Assembly (NCBI GenBank): GCA_963733095.1
Contig: CAVTBV010000012.1
Location: forward strand, 128,001-192,000
DNA: 64,000 bases
From: Candidatus Bathyarchaeota archaeon
GTDB lineage: Archaea > Thermoproteota > Bathyarchaeia > Bathyarchaeales > Bathycorpusculaceae
Reading direction: 5' to 3'
In this document: piece after piece, positions 38,672-47,678 of the stretch
How the letters are laid out: every line of letters begins with the position of its first letter
Position numbering within the stretch: the first letter of the stretch is position 1
Program-made: the position numbers and the translations under genes
Notes under the pieces: generated by a model
Told to the model about the DNA's origin: nothing
Seen by the model: the letters and a program-made list of their open reading frames with translations, nothing else
Databases searched by the model: none

Positions 38672-39979
38672 TTAGCTTGAGCCAAGCGCAATAAGTGATT
38701 TGTAAATATCCAGAGTTTGTTCGGCGGCTTTTCTCCAAGTAAAATACTTTATCACTCGTTTGCGACCGTTTTCGCCCCAGATTTTTGCTCTTTGCGGATC
38801 CTTAAGAACCTCATTGATTCCCCACGCAATGTCCACAGGATTGCCCCCATCCACATGAACGCCGTTTTGCAACGGACCCGCTGGCATGACTTGCTCACGG
38901 AATCCAACCACACCCTTGGCGCCGACCACTATGGGTTTCCCCATAGACATGGCTTCCAAACTCACTATACCAAAAGGCTCGTAAACAGAAGGAAAAACGC
39001 ACAAATCAGAAGCTGCATAATGCAAAATCCGCTCGCCCTCAGGCACAAACTCGAGGCAGTAAACCAAGTTTTTGCCTATGCCAAGTCTGTCGGCAAGTTC
39101 CACAATATCCCGCTGCTCTTCGCCCTTTCCAAGTATAACCAGCTTTGCCTTGGGATATTCAGCTAAGACTAAAGGCATTGCTTGAACAAGGTTCCTGACA
39201 CCCTTCACCCACGTCAAACGGCCTAGGAAAAGTATCATGGTTTCATCTTCGGCTATTCCGTATTTTTGCCTAAGCTTCTGAACATCCTCTGATTTGCCTT
39301 TTTGAGGCGCATATTTTTCTGGATCAACACCGTTCCAAACCACATGTATTTTTGACTCTGGCCAACCGTGCTTAGCCAAATCCTCTTTCATTGCATGACT
39401 TACTGTTATTATTCCATCGGCCTTTTCCGCCATCACTGACTCCAAATGATTTACAGTAGCCGAACCTTCTCCACCACTTCGTCCCCACTCGGTTGAGTGA
39501 ACGTGAAATACTACAGGTATTTTCAACTCGTTCTTGCAGATTATTCCTGCTATGCTGCTCAACCAGTCGTTAATGGTAACAACGGCGTAGTCGTAATTCT
39601 CTTGTTTTATGACGGTGTTTATCATTTGTGCAGCTGCCAACATATTATAAGCGAAAATGTCGGTGAAGAATTTTATGTTTGTACCCCAACGTTTGAGGTC
39701 GTCTGCCACAAACAATGGAAATACGTTGCTAGCCTCCACAAGGAGCGGCCTGTGAATGTCAACACCGCCCAAAATTTCTCTTATTTTTAGGTTTCCAGGG
39801 TTAACTGTGTAAACAGAGACATCCCATCCTAAATCCACAAACTCCTTCGTCATGTACTCAGCGTAGGTTCCTAATCCACCAACTATTGCAGGTGGATATT
39901 CCATTACAAAAAATGCAATTCTCAAACAATTCACCATCATGATTACATATTTTTTATTCCGCCTGTCACAATTGGACAA
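38672..39979 (-). CDS. GT4 glycosyltransferase (glycogen synthase-like)
   Basis: EYPP..VGGLG, DWL, HSTEWGR, FLGRL..VKG, YEPFGIVSLEAM; start probably near 39925. Confidence 0.9.
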   Translation of the reverse strand: MSNCDRRNKKYVIMMVNCLRIAFFVMEYPPAIVGGLGTYAEYMTKEFVDLGWDVSVYTVNPGNLKIREILGGVDIHRPLLVEASNVFPLFVADDLKRWGTNIKFFTDIFAYNMLAAAQMINTVIKQENYDYAVVTINDWLSSIAGIICKNELKIPVVFHVHSTEWGRSGGEGSATVNHLESVMAEKADGIITVSHAMKEDLAKHGWPESKIHVVWNGVDPEKYAPQKGKSEDVQKLRQKYGIAEDETMILFLGRLTWVKGVRNLVQAMPLVLAEYPKAKLVILGKGEEQRDIVELADRLGIGKNLVYCLEFVPEGERILHYAASDLCVFPSVYEPFGIVSLEAMSMGKPIVVGAKGVVGFREQVMPAGPLQNGVHVDGGNPVDIAWGINEVLKDPQRAKIWGENGRKRVIKYFTWRKAAEQTLDIYKSLIALGSS

Positions 39980-40026
39980 ATTCCAATAGTTGTCGGCAAT
40001 CTACCCAATAGCAATATCGCGTTTGG

Positions 40027-41031
40027 TTAAACAACATTCTGCGGTTTCCCCGAAACGAAGGCAGCTATGTTTTCCACTGTTGTTTCAAGTATTCTTTCTA
40101 GGGCTTCTTTGCTATAGAACGCGATGTGTGGAGTAAAAACGACGTTGTCTTTGCTCAGCAGAATGTGATCCTTAACTAGGCTGTTCAAGACTTCGAGGTT
40201 TTTAGGATCGTATAGAAGCTGTTTTTCCTCTTGTATAACTTCTTCGCCTTCAAAAACGTCAAGACCCGCACCAGCCAGTATTTTGTTGTCAAGAGCCTCG
40301 ATTAGTGCTTCAGTGTCCACGATGCTTCCTCTTGCAGTGTTTATCAGAATGGCGCCTTTCTTTACAAGTTTGAATGTATCTTTGTTCATGAGGTGATGTG
40401 TGGCTTTCATGTAGGGTACGTGAAGCGTAATTACGTCTGATCTAGCTAAAAGGTTCTCTAGCGTAACATAATCAAACCCTAAGACCTCAGATAGGAGTTT
40501 GTTTTGGCGGACATCATAGGCTACGACGTTCATGCCAAAGCCTTTTGCAATCCTTATGACGTGCAGACCGATTTGACCAGTTCCGATGACGCCTATGGTT
40601 TTTCCTTTCAAATCAAACCCTTCTAACCCCTCTATTGAGAAGTCTTGTTCAAAACGTCTAATGCATGCCTTGCACATGTTTCTCGACAAAGACAAAATCA
40701 GCGCAAAAGTGTGCTCGGCAACAGTGTTCTCTCCATAAGACGGAACATTACAAATTGTAATCCCCTGTTTTTTGCATTTTTCTATATCGATATGGTCAAA
40801 GCCGGTGGATCTTGTTGTTATTAATTTCAAATTTGGAATTTCTCGAATAATTGGCTCGTCTATTTTGGAGTAGATGAACACTGAAACAGCATCAAAATCT
40901 TTTATTTCTGAGGTTTTTTCCAAGTTTAGTTTTTCTTTTGAGAACTGCAGTAAGTGACCGTTCAGCTTCTTTTTGAGGTATTCTTCTTCCCAGTCTTCTA
41001 CTTCATAAAATGCTATTTTCAACTTTTCCAC
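40027..41031 (-). CDS. D-isomer-specific 2-hydroxyacid (D-lactate-type) dehydrogenase
   Basis: TRSTGFDHID, GVIGTGQIG, INTARG, LDVFEGE, TPHIAF. Confidence 0.92.
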   Translation of the reverse strand: MEKLKIAFYEVEDWEEEYLKKKLNGHLLQFSKEKLNLEKTSEIKDFDAVSVFIYSKIDEPIIREIPNLKLITTRSTGFDHIDIEKCKKQGITICNVPSYGENTVAEHTFALILSLSRNMCKACIRRFEQDFSIEGLEGFDLKGKTIGVIGTGQIGLHVIRIAKGFGMNVVAYDVRQNKLLSEVLGFDYVTLENLLARSDVITLHVPYMKATHHLMNKDTFKLVKKGAILINTARGSIVDTEALIEALDNKILAGAGLDVFEGEEVIQEEKQLLYDPKNLEVLNSLVKDHILLSKDNVVFTPHIAFYSKEALERILETTVENIAAFVSGKPQNVV

Positions 41032-41109
41032 TTACCTAATGTTGAATATTTTATATCTGACTTTCAAGGGAAAGTGCATGTTGTTTTTTTGGATATCCAT
41101 GACGAATGT

Positions 41110-41469
41110 TTAGAGATGTTGCTGTAATTCGCCAATGCGATTTTGAACCGTTGTAGAAAGTGCTTTCCTCAAATTTTCATCTTGGAACCCTGCCTTAATT
41201 TGGTTAATTCTTGTAGCTAGTTCTTCATCGCCAATCGTGTTTTTGAGCCATTTTTGAAAGTCTTGACGCTGAAAATGGAATGTTACGGATTGAATGGGTA
41301 CTGTTTGGAGTTTTTCGGCAAACTCCACAGTGCTAGTTGCCGTAATTCCCGTGAATTTACCGAGTTCCGTGAAAAAATGAAAGCCATTTTCAAATGTAAC
41401 AGTATTGAGAAGGTTTAGGTTTTTTTGTTTTTCTATAGGATGAGTTTTAATTATGGTTGTCTTGGACAA
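41110..41469 (-). CDS. DUF5752-like protein (associated with alpha-glucan genes)
   Basis: GFHFFTELGKFTG..A.S..EF...SVTFHFQRQDFQKWL...GDEELA. Confidence 0.75.
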   Translation of the reverse strand: MSKTTIIKTHPIEKQKNLNLLNTVTFENGFHFFTELGKFTGITATSTVEFAEKLQTVPIQSVTFHFQRQDFQKWLKNTIGDEELATRINQIKAGFQDENLRKALSTTVQNRIGELQQHL

Positions 41470-41525
41470 AATATTGGCACGACCTGAAATATAAAACGGT
41501 AGGCGGTAGAGCCTTATAACAACTT

Positions 41526-41547
41526 GTGATTGTGGAAACGCAACTAC
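41526..41547 (-). promoter_or_regulatory. 22-bp island motif (GTAGTTGCG-TTTC-CACAATCAC)
   Basis: Followed by AAGTTG-TTATAAG, upstream of gene start 41469. Confidence 0.6.
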
Positions 41548-41831
41548 ATTTACAAAGTGAATTATAAAAGAGGTAAATAATGCCTATTGTTCTCCTCTCT
41601 ATAAACAGCCATGAACAAATTTTCATGGCTAAGCATAAATTCCATTCACCCCATCAGACTGTGCAAAAATCAGTTTGGACTTTGAAAATTACGCCATTGT
41701 TTCTAAAAATCGCTCGTCACATCATTGATCTTTACGAGCGAATAAGCATTTTTTAAAAAACAATTGGGTTTTCACACAGTCTGATTTGGGTCTGAGACAC
41801 AGCGGCCTCACCAACTTTTGGTTTGGAAATA

Positions 41832-42194
41832 TTACTTCTGAGGACGTTTGCGTTTGGCCTTGCGATTTAATGTTTTAATCGGCTCTAGGACGCATGCTGA
41901 GTAGGATCCTAGTACAATCAGTTCCATGAACTCGGTGCGCAAAGCCTTTTCTTCAGGTATCTCGCTAAACCCGCTCTCCCAACCTTCAATATTAGCTAAA
42001 CTCTTAAAACCCCACAAGGCGGTGAATCCGCCGACTGAACCACCGTATTTGTGTTTGAGAACCCGCAGAGACACTACACCGCTAAATAGACCTGGCTTCT
42101 TCTTCATCAAGGAAACTAGCTTTTTGCCCCACTCGTTATGCTCATCTAGTTTGTCAGGGTTAACAACGTATGTTCTAGCGAGATAAACAGTCAA
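41832..42194 (-). CDS. NIPSNAP/dimeric alpha-beta barrel-like protein
   Basis: MTVYLARTYVVNPDKLDEH...; GGGGGAG RBS before TTG 42194. Confidence 0.65.
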   Translation of the reverse strand: MTVYLARTYVVNPDKLDEHNEWGKKLVSLMKKKPGLFSGVVSLRVLKHKYGGSVGGFTALWGFKSLANIEGWESGFSEIPEEKALRTEFMELIVLGSYSACVLEPIKTLNRKAKRKRPQK

Positions 42195-42333
42195 TCTGCT
42201 CCCCCTAAAATATGAAATACTCAGTGGATTAAAAAAATTCCGCATGATACGTTCAAATCCCAGTGGACCAAAATACATATTCCTTTTGAAACATATTCTA
42301 TCGTGGTAAACAATAAAAGAAGTGTATAACAAG

Positions 42334-42438
42334 ATGGAAATCATGAAAAAACCGATAAACGTCACAATTAGAGAAGAACCCCCTAACCCTAAACCAACCC
42401 CTGACCCTCAGCCAAATCCAATCCCAAATCCAATTTAG
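42334..42438 (+). CDS. 34-aa Pro-repeat micropeptide
   Basis: Hand translation MEIMKKPINVTIREEPPNPKPTPDPQPNPIPNPI. Confidence 0.45.
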   Translation: MEIMKKPINVTIREEPPNPKPTPDPQPNPIPNPI

Positions 42439-42447
42439 TGAAGGTAA

Positions 42448-42633
42448 GTGTCTACTAAATTGCTTAATTCTCGCACCTATGGCTTAATGGCTCTTCCGTT
42501 TGGTATCTCAGGTATCTTGTCACTAGCGGTTTCGCAAGTCTATTTGCCTACAGGTTCATTGTATGCGTTGCCACTCTTAGTTTTAGGTTTATTTCTAGTT
42601 GTGATTTCAATAGTTTTCTTGCGGAAAATTTAA
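42448..42633 (+). CDS. Small two-TM membrane protein
   Basis: 61 aa, hydrophobic; AAGGT RBS. Confidence 0.55.
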   Translation: MSTKLLNSRTYGLMALPFGISGILSLAVSQVYLPTGSLYALPLLVLGLFLVVISIVFLRKI

Positions 42634-42902
42634 TGGGAAAAAGCGGGCTTTCTCTGTTTACATTCGAGTTTGGGAACGGTAACTCAACAGCTATCGTCTT
42701 ACGAATCAAAAAATGAGGGATGCGCGGGAGACATCTCCATTTGTCCTAAGGTTCAAATCATCCGCCTGGCAGATTTAGCCCCAGGTTTAAACAAAATACT
42801 CCTTGCTTTTTCCTTAATTTGCGTATTATCTCCCCATCATAAACAGCGACATTTCCATCTTAAATAACAAGTTTATGTTGCCGTCTGCTCTCTAATTATA
42901 GA

Positions 42903-43295
42903 GTGGTGATAAAGATGAATGCAAAGCAATTCTACAGAATCGAAGTTAGCACAAGTTGGGGACATTTGATCAGGGAAAGGAAGACGCTGACTAAGGACGA
43001 AGAGAAAGTAAGAGAAGCCCGAAGGACTTATCGTGATGGAATTAAAAAAGCATGGGACATTTACACCCAAGACAACATGATAGTAAAGGACGCAAAGGAG
43101 ACTCTTGACTCAGCAATAGACGAAGCATACAAATTATGCTTGCCTGAACATGGAGAGAGAATGGCACAAACAGAATACGAACAAGCAACCAAACTTTATT
43201 TCAAAACTTTATACAAAGTTCACCGCAAGTTTGCAGATACGATTGGACAAATTTGGGGTGGTTTCATGAAAGACATAGAGACTCTCCAAGGCTAA
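42903..43295 (+). CDS. Hypothetical helical protein
   Basis: 130-aa ORF, likely start ATG 42915. Confidence 0.6.
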   Translation: MVIKMNAKQFYRIEVSTSWGHLIRERKTLTKDEEKVREARRTYRDGIKKAWDIYTQDNMIVKDAKETLDSAIDEAYKLCLPEHGERMAQTEYEQATKLYFKTLYKVHRKFADTIGQIWGGFMKDIETLQG

Positions 43296-43409
43296 CTAAG
43301 AAAAATACTTAGAAGGCTGAACTGAAATCCTATTCATTCTCCAATAGACTAATTGTGCAAACCCTGCGCTTTCAATTGGTGTCCGAAAACATCAATCTAA
43401 AATAGATAA

Positions 43410-43700
43410 TTGGCTAAACCTTTCTCAAAATATTTTCGGGAAAAAGGGGTTGCGCGGGTGATTTCTCCATTCACAGAGCTTCAAGTTATGCAGTTAGTCA
43501 GCAGAGTAAACAGCACCTACAATGAAATCAACCGCAACCTGCTGATTTTTGAAAAAGAGGGCATAGTAATCCATAATTATCCTGTAAAGCCTGGGCGGGA
43601 TAAAGTCCACTTTATTCGGTTGAATAAAGAGAACCCCAAAACAATGGAGATGCTCAAGATTGGAATGGCACATTGGGAAAACCTGAAACATTATTCTTAA
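43410..43700 (+). CDS. Winged-HTH-like protein (possibly degenerate)
   Basis: LVSRVNSTYNEINRNLLIFEKEGIV...IRLNKENPKT. Confidence 0.55.
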   Translation: MAKPFSKYFREKGVARVISPFTELQVMQLVSRVNSTYNEINRNLLIFEKEGIVIHNYPVKPGRDKVHFIRLNKENPKTMEMLKIGMAHWENLKHYS

Positions 43701-44239
43701 CAGTAAGAAGCTTGAATCGTTCGGCTGTCTAATTGAGAAAAATCAGTATGGTAATTATGTAGCAAAAGAGAAAACAAGTATAAGTGGAAATGTGTGGGTT
43801 GGAAGAAACCTTGTTCCACGCTTGATATTTTTCTCCATGTTTTTTGTAGGAGCTTTAAGTGCAGAAGTAGTAATTATTATGTCAAGTTATTTTATAACTG
43901 GTCGGGTGATTGAAACCAGTTTCTTTTTCCTGACTGGAATGACTGCTTTGGCAGCTGTTCTTTTTTTACATGAAGGCGTTCCTTGTACCGAAAGGTCAAG
44001 CCTAAACGCGATTAGCTCTTGTCTTAAGGCACGTCGTCTTTGTGCATTCTAGTTGCGATTCAAAAACGGCTTTTCTGGCGTAGCCTCCTTCCTGCAAGGT
44101 GGTAGCCTTAGGTTAGGCTTGCTCAGCAGATTCCTCTAAACCCCATTATTTGCTCATTTTTGAGACGCTTTATGGTTTGGGGCTTTCCTTGACGAGACAT
44201 AAAAAATTTCTACGCGAGCTCAAGCTGCTCTATCTGAAA

Positions 44240-44490
44240 ACACCTCAAACCCTGTGCCTTCATCGCTAACAAGAACTCTACAACAAAACCCATCGACACA
44301 AAAACCAAAACACCAACATACCCCACACATCACCCACACACCTCAACATAGAATCCAACATGACTGTGTGAACCAAACCCTCTCCCCACACACAAACCAC
44401 GAAAGAAAAACAACCCAAACCAAAAAAGCAAACAATTCCAAAGCCCCAAGTGTAGTGTGCAATTCTACACCACCACACCCACACAAAGAG
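44240..44490. repeat. C/A-skewed low-complexity tract
   Basis: Strongly C/A-rich on the + strand (caacaaaacc...ccccacacatcacccacacacc...). Confidence 0.6.
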
Positions 44491-44558
44491 AACGAAAGGA
44501 ATTTTGCGATTGTTTTTTAAGAAGGCAAACAGGTAAATTGATTTGAAGGCGAACCAAA

Positions 44559-45869
44559 GTGGGCTTAAGAAACTTTATCGAAGAACTTCAAAACAAGGGT
44601 GAATTAACAAAGATTACGAAGCCTGTCTCAACCGAATACGAGATGGCAGGCATAATCGCGGCTTTAGGCGAGAAACCAGTCTATTTTGAGAACGTTAAAG
44701 AATCCAGCGTTCCAGTCGTAGCAGGGCTGGTTTCTTCGAAAGATTTGATAGCGCGGTCACTGGGCATAAGCAAAACCCAACTCTTGCCAAGACTGTTAGC
44801 CGCCATCGAGAACCCTGTTCCTCCAACAATCATACAGGAGGGTGCTTGCCAAGAAGTAGTCGAAACAAACGTTGACTTAACCAAACTTCCAATCATGCAT
44901 TACACCGACAAAGACGGCGGAAAATACATCGCCTCCGCAGTATCCATCATCAAAGACCCACAGCTCGGCAAGAACATGTGTTTCCACCGATTAATGCTCA
45001 AAGACAAAAACCATTTTGTAGCGCGAATCGTTGAGAACCGAGGCACCGACACCGCACTCAAGAAGGCAGGAGGCGAACTGGACATAGCCATCTGCATAGG
45101 CAACTCCACAGCAACCCTGCTTTCAGCGGCTACCACATTGCCGATGGGCGTGGACGAACTTGGAATGGCAAACGCACTGGAAAAAACTGACCTGGTCAAA
45201 TGCAAAACCGTCGACCTTGAAGTTCCCGCCAAAACAGAGTTCGTGCTGGAAGGACGCATAACCAAAGAGAAAGCCACTGAAGGACCTTTCCTGGATTTAA
45301 CGGGCATCGTGGACCGCGAACGCCAACAACCCGTAGTCGAAATCAAATACATCACCCACAGGCAAAACCCGATCTACCAAACCATCCTCGCAGGCAAAAA
45401 CGAACACAAGTTCCTCATGGGCATGCCCAAAGAACCCACCATCTACAACGAAGTAGGCAAAGTCTGCAAAGTCAAAGACGTCTATATCACCCCGGGTGGA
45501 TGCAGCTGGCTCCACGCAGTCGTACAAATCAAAAAAGAGAACGCGGACGACGGCAAAAAAGCCATAGCCTCCGCGTTTAAGGGACATGGATCGCTCAAAC
45601 ACTGTGTCGTGGTGGATGAGGACATTAACATCTATGACCCGCAGGATGTGGAGTGGGCAATTGCTACACGCTTCCAAGCAGACAAAAACGCCATAGTTCT
45701 CTCTAACCAGCCGGGTTCATCGCTTGACCCTTCAGGCGACCTATCGGAAGGCAAAAAAGCCACCACCGCCAAAGCAGGCTTAGACGCCACCGCACCCCTC
45801 ATCTCGACGGGCAAGGGCTTTAAGAAAGTGGACTACATCAAAGTTGACCTAAACAAGTACTTGGGATAG
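44559..45869 (+). CDS. UbiD-family decarboxylase, probable anhydromevalonate phosphate decarboxylase
   Basis: EGPFLDLTG, VVVDEDINIYD..DVEWAIATRFQ, SLDPS; coupled to AcnX subunits. Confidence 0.9.
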   Translation: MGLRNFIEELQNKGELTKITKPVSTEYEMAGIIAALGEKPVYFENVKESSVPVVAGLVSSKDLIARSLGISKTQLLPRLLAAIENPVPPTIIQEGACQEVVETNVDLTKLPIMHYTDKDGGKYIASAVSIIKDPQLGKNMCFHRLMLKDKNHFVARIVENRGTDTALKKAGGELDIAICIGNSTATLLSAATTLPMGVDELGMANALEKTDLVKCKTVDLEVPAKTEFVLEGRITKEKATEGPFLDLTGIVDRERQQPVVEIKYITHRQNPIYQTILAGKNEHKFLMGMPKEPTIYNEVGKVCKVKDVYITPGGCSWLHAVVQIKKENADDGKKAIASAFKGHGSLKHCVVVDEDINIYDPQDVEWAIATRFQADKNAIVLSNQPGSSLDPSGDLSEGKKATTAKAGLDATAPLISTGKGFKKVDYIKVDLNKYLG

Positions 45870-45871
45870 GC

Positions 45872-47071
45872 ATGGAATTAACTAAACAAGAACAAGCAAT
45901 GCTTGATGGCAAAGAAGGCTACGCCGTCCGCAAAAGCATGGAAATCCTCGTCGCACTGGGCGAGATTTTCGGAGCAAAAAGCCTCATCAAAGTAGGCAGC
46001 GTCCAAGTCGCAGGAGTATCCTACCACAACCTCGGCGACGCAGGCTTAGAATTTCTAAACGAACTTGCCACAGACGGCAAAGTAAAAGTTCTCACTACCC
46101 TAAACCCAGCAGGCATGGACCTTGAAAACTGGCAGCAACTCGGCATCAGCCCCGAATTCGCCGAAAAACAGAACCTTGTCATTGACGCCTTCAAACGCAT
46201 GGGCATCCTAATCAGCTGCACTTGCACACCCTACCTAATCGGCAACCTCCCCCTCTACGGCGAACACCTCGCCTGGTCCGAAAGCAGCGCAGTCACATTC
46301 GCCAACTCAGTTTTGGGTGCAAGAACCAACCGTGAAGGCGGACCATCCGCGCTCGCAGCCGCATTCGTCGGCAAAACCCCCAATTACGGCTTGCACTTAG
46401 ACGAGAACCGAGTCCCAGACATCCATGTCCAAGTTAACGCAGAGTTATCAAAGCTATCCGATTGGGGAGCCTTAGGCTACACGATTGGCAAAAAAGCAGA
46501 AAACAAGATTCCCTACATAACAGGCATCAAAGCAGCAGAACTCGACGAGTTAAAATCCTTCTGCGCATCAGTCGTCACTTACGGCGCGAAACCGCTCTTC
46601 TACATGAAGGGCATCACTCCGGGTGCGGAACTGCAAACCCAACCAAAACAAACAGTGACAATCGAGAAAGCCGACCTCAAAGGCGCATACGACAGCATCA
46701 ACGACCAAGTCAACGAAATCGACTTCGTCTGCGTGGGTTGTCCACATTGCTCGATTAAGGAAATACAGGAAATTGCAGACTTAATCAAGGGCAAAAAAGT
46801 AAAAGAAGGCAGCGAAATGTGGGTTGCCACCTCCCGAACCGCGAAGCAACTCGCGGACAAGCGGGGTTACACTGCAACAATCGAGGAGGCAGGCGGCAAA
46901 TTTGCATGTGACACCTGCATGGCAGTCGCACCCCTCAAAGGAAGGTTCAAAGCCTTAGCCACAACATCGGCAAAAGGATGCTTCTATTCAAGGCAGAACC
47001 TTATGAAGACCAAGATGGGCAGCATGAAAGAATGCGTTGAAGCAGCGGTGAGTGGAAAATGGAACAATTAA
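45872..47071 (+). CDS. Aconitase X large subunit, probable phosphomevalonate dehydratase large subunit
   Basis: TTLNPAG, CTCTPY, WSESSAV, NREGG, GCPH, DTCMAV. Confidence 0.9.
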   Translation: MELTKQEQAMLDGKEGYAVRKSMEILVALGEIFGAKSLIKVGSVQVAGVSYHNLGDAGLEFLNELATDGKVKVLTTLNPAGMDLENWQQLGISPEFAEKQNLVIDAFKRMGILISCTCTPYLIGNLPLYGEHLAWSESSAVTFANSVLGARTNREGGPSALAAAFVGKTPNYGLHLDENRVPDIHVQVNAELSKLSDWGALGYTIGKKAENKIPYITGIKAAELDELKSFCASVVTYGAKPLFYMKGITPGAELQTQPKQTVTIEKADLKGAYDSINDQVNEIDFVCVGCPHCSIKEIQEIADLIKGKKVKEGSEMWVATSRTAKQLADKRGYTATIEEAGGKFACDTCMAVAPLKGRFKALATTSAKGCFYSRQNLMKTKMGSMKECVEAAVSGKWNN

Positions 47072-47445
47072 AAGGCAGAATAATCTACAAAGGCAAAGCC
47101 AAAGGCGAAGCACTCGTAACAGAAATGCCAATATCCTTCTACGGTGGCGTAGACCCCAACACAGGCATCGTCATCGAAAAAGGACACCGGCTAAACGGCC
47201 AAAGCGTCAAAGACAAAATCCTCGTATTCCCCCAAGGCAAAGGCAGCACAGTGGGCAGCTACACCCTCTATCGCATGAAAAAAAACGGCACCGCGCCCAA
47301 AGGCATGATAAACAAAGAATCCGAAACCATAATAGCTGTCGGGGCCATAATCAGCGAAATCCCCACCATAGACAAAATAGATATAACAAAAATTAAAACA
47401 GGCAACAAAGTCAGCATAGAAAACGACTCAGTAATAATCTATTGA
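47059..47445 (+). CDS. Aconitase X swivel subunit (DUF126), probable phosphomevalonate dehydratase small subunit
   Basis: ISFYGGVDP.TG, GKGSTVGSY. Confidence 0.92.
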   Translation: MEQLKGRIIYKGKAKGEALVTEMPISFYGGVDPNTGIVIEKGHRLNGQSVKDKILVFPQGKGSTVGSYTLYRMKKNGTAPKGMINKESETIIAVGAIISEIPTIDKIDITKIKTGNKVSIENDSVIIY

Positions 47446-47520
47446 TACTCTGTCTTAAGGTTCAAATCAATCTTGGGTCATTTTAGGACTGATATAACAA
47501 AAAAATTACTTGAAATGGTT

Positions 47521-47655
47521 TGCTGAGGCTCTGGCTTAAAGGAGAAAAGAGCAAATGCAAAAGCTCTTTTGACTATGGCTATTTCATGAACGATTACCAG
47601 AACCTACTCAGCCCACATTTTTTCTCCAATGCATTAAAAGACTAAAAAAGGGGAA
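47521..47655 (-). repeat. Conserved structured non-coding element, copy 1 (candidate ncRNA)
   Basis: First 52 nt identical to 63434-63485; folds into a long stem-loop on the minus strand. Confidence 0.8.
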
Positions 47656-47678
47656 GGAAAGATTGATGGTTAACATCT

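Larger units (their letters stand above)
12130..44500. other. Accessory stress/dormancy/glycogen genomic island
   Basis: Visibly AT-richer, many pseudogenes and paralogs, duplicate enolase; separates mvk from the other mevalonate genes; boundaries approximate. Confidence 0.6.

Noticed and set aside
44254-44520. ORFs within the C/A-rich tract
   Set aside because: Compositional artefacts of a stop-poor low-complexity sequence.
47521-47612. Repeat element as a hammerhead ribozyme, SECIS or integron attC site
   Set aside because: It has CUGAGUA rather than CUGANGA; the intact upstream gene has no in-frame UGA; there are no RYYYAAC/GTTRRRY ends.
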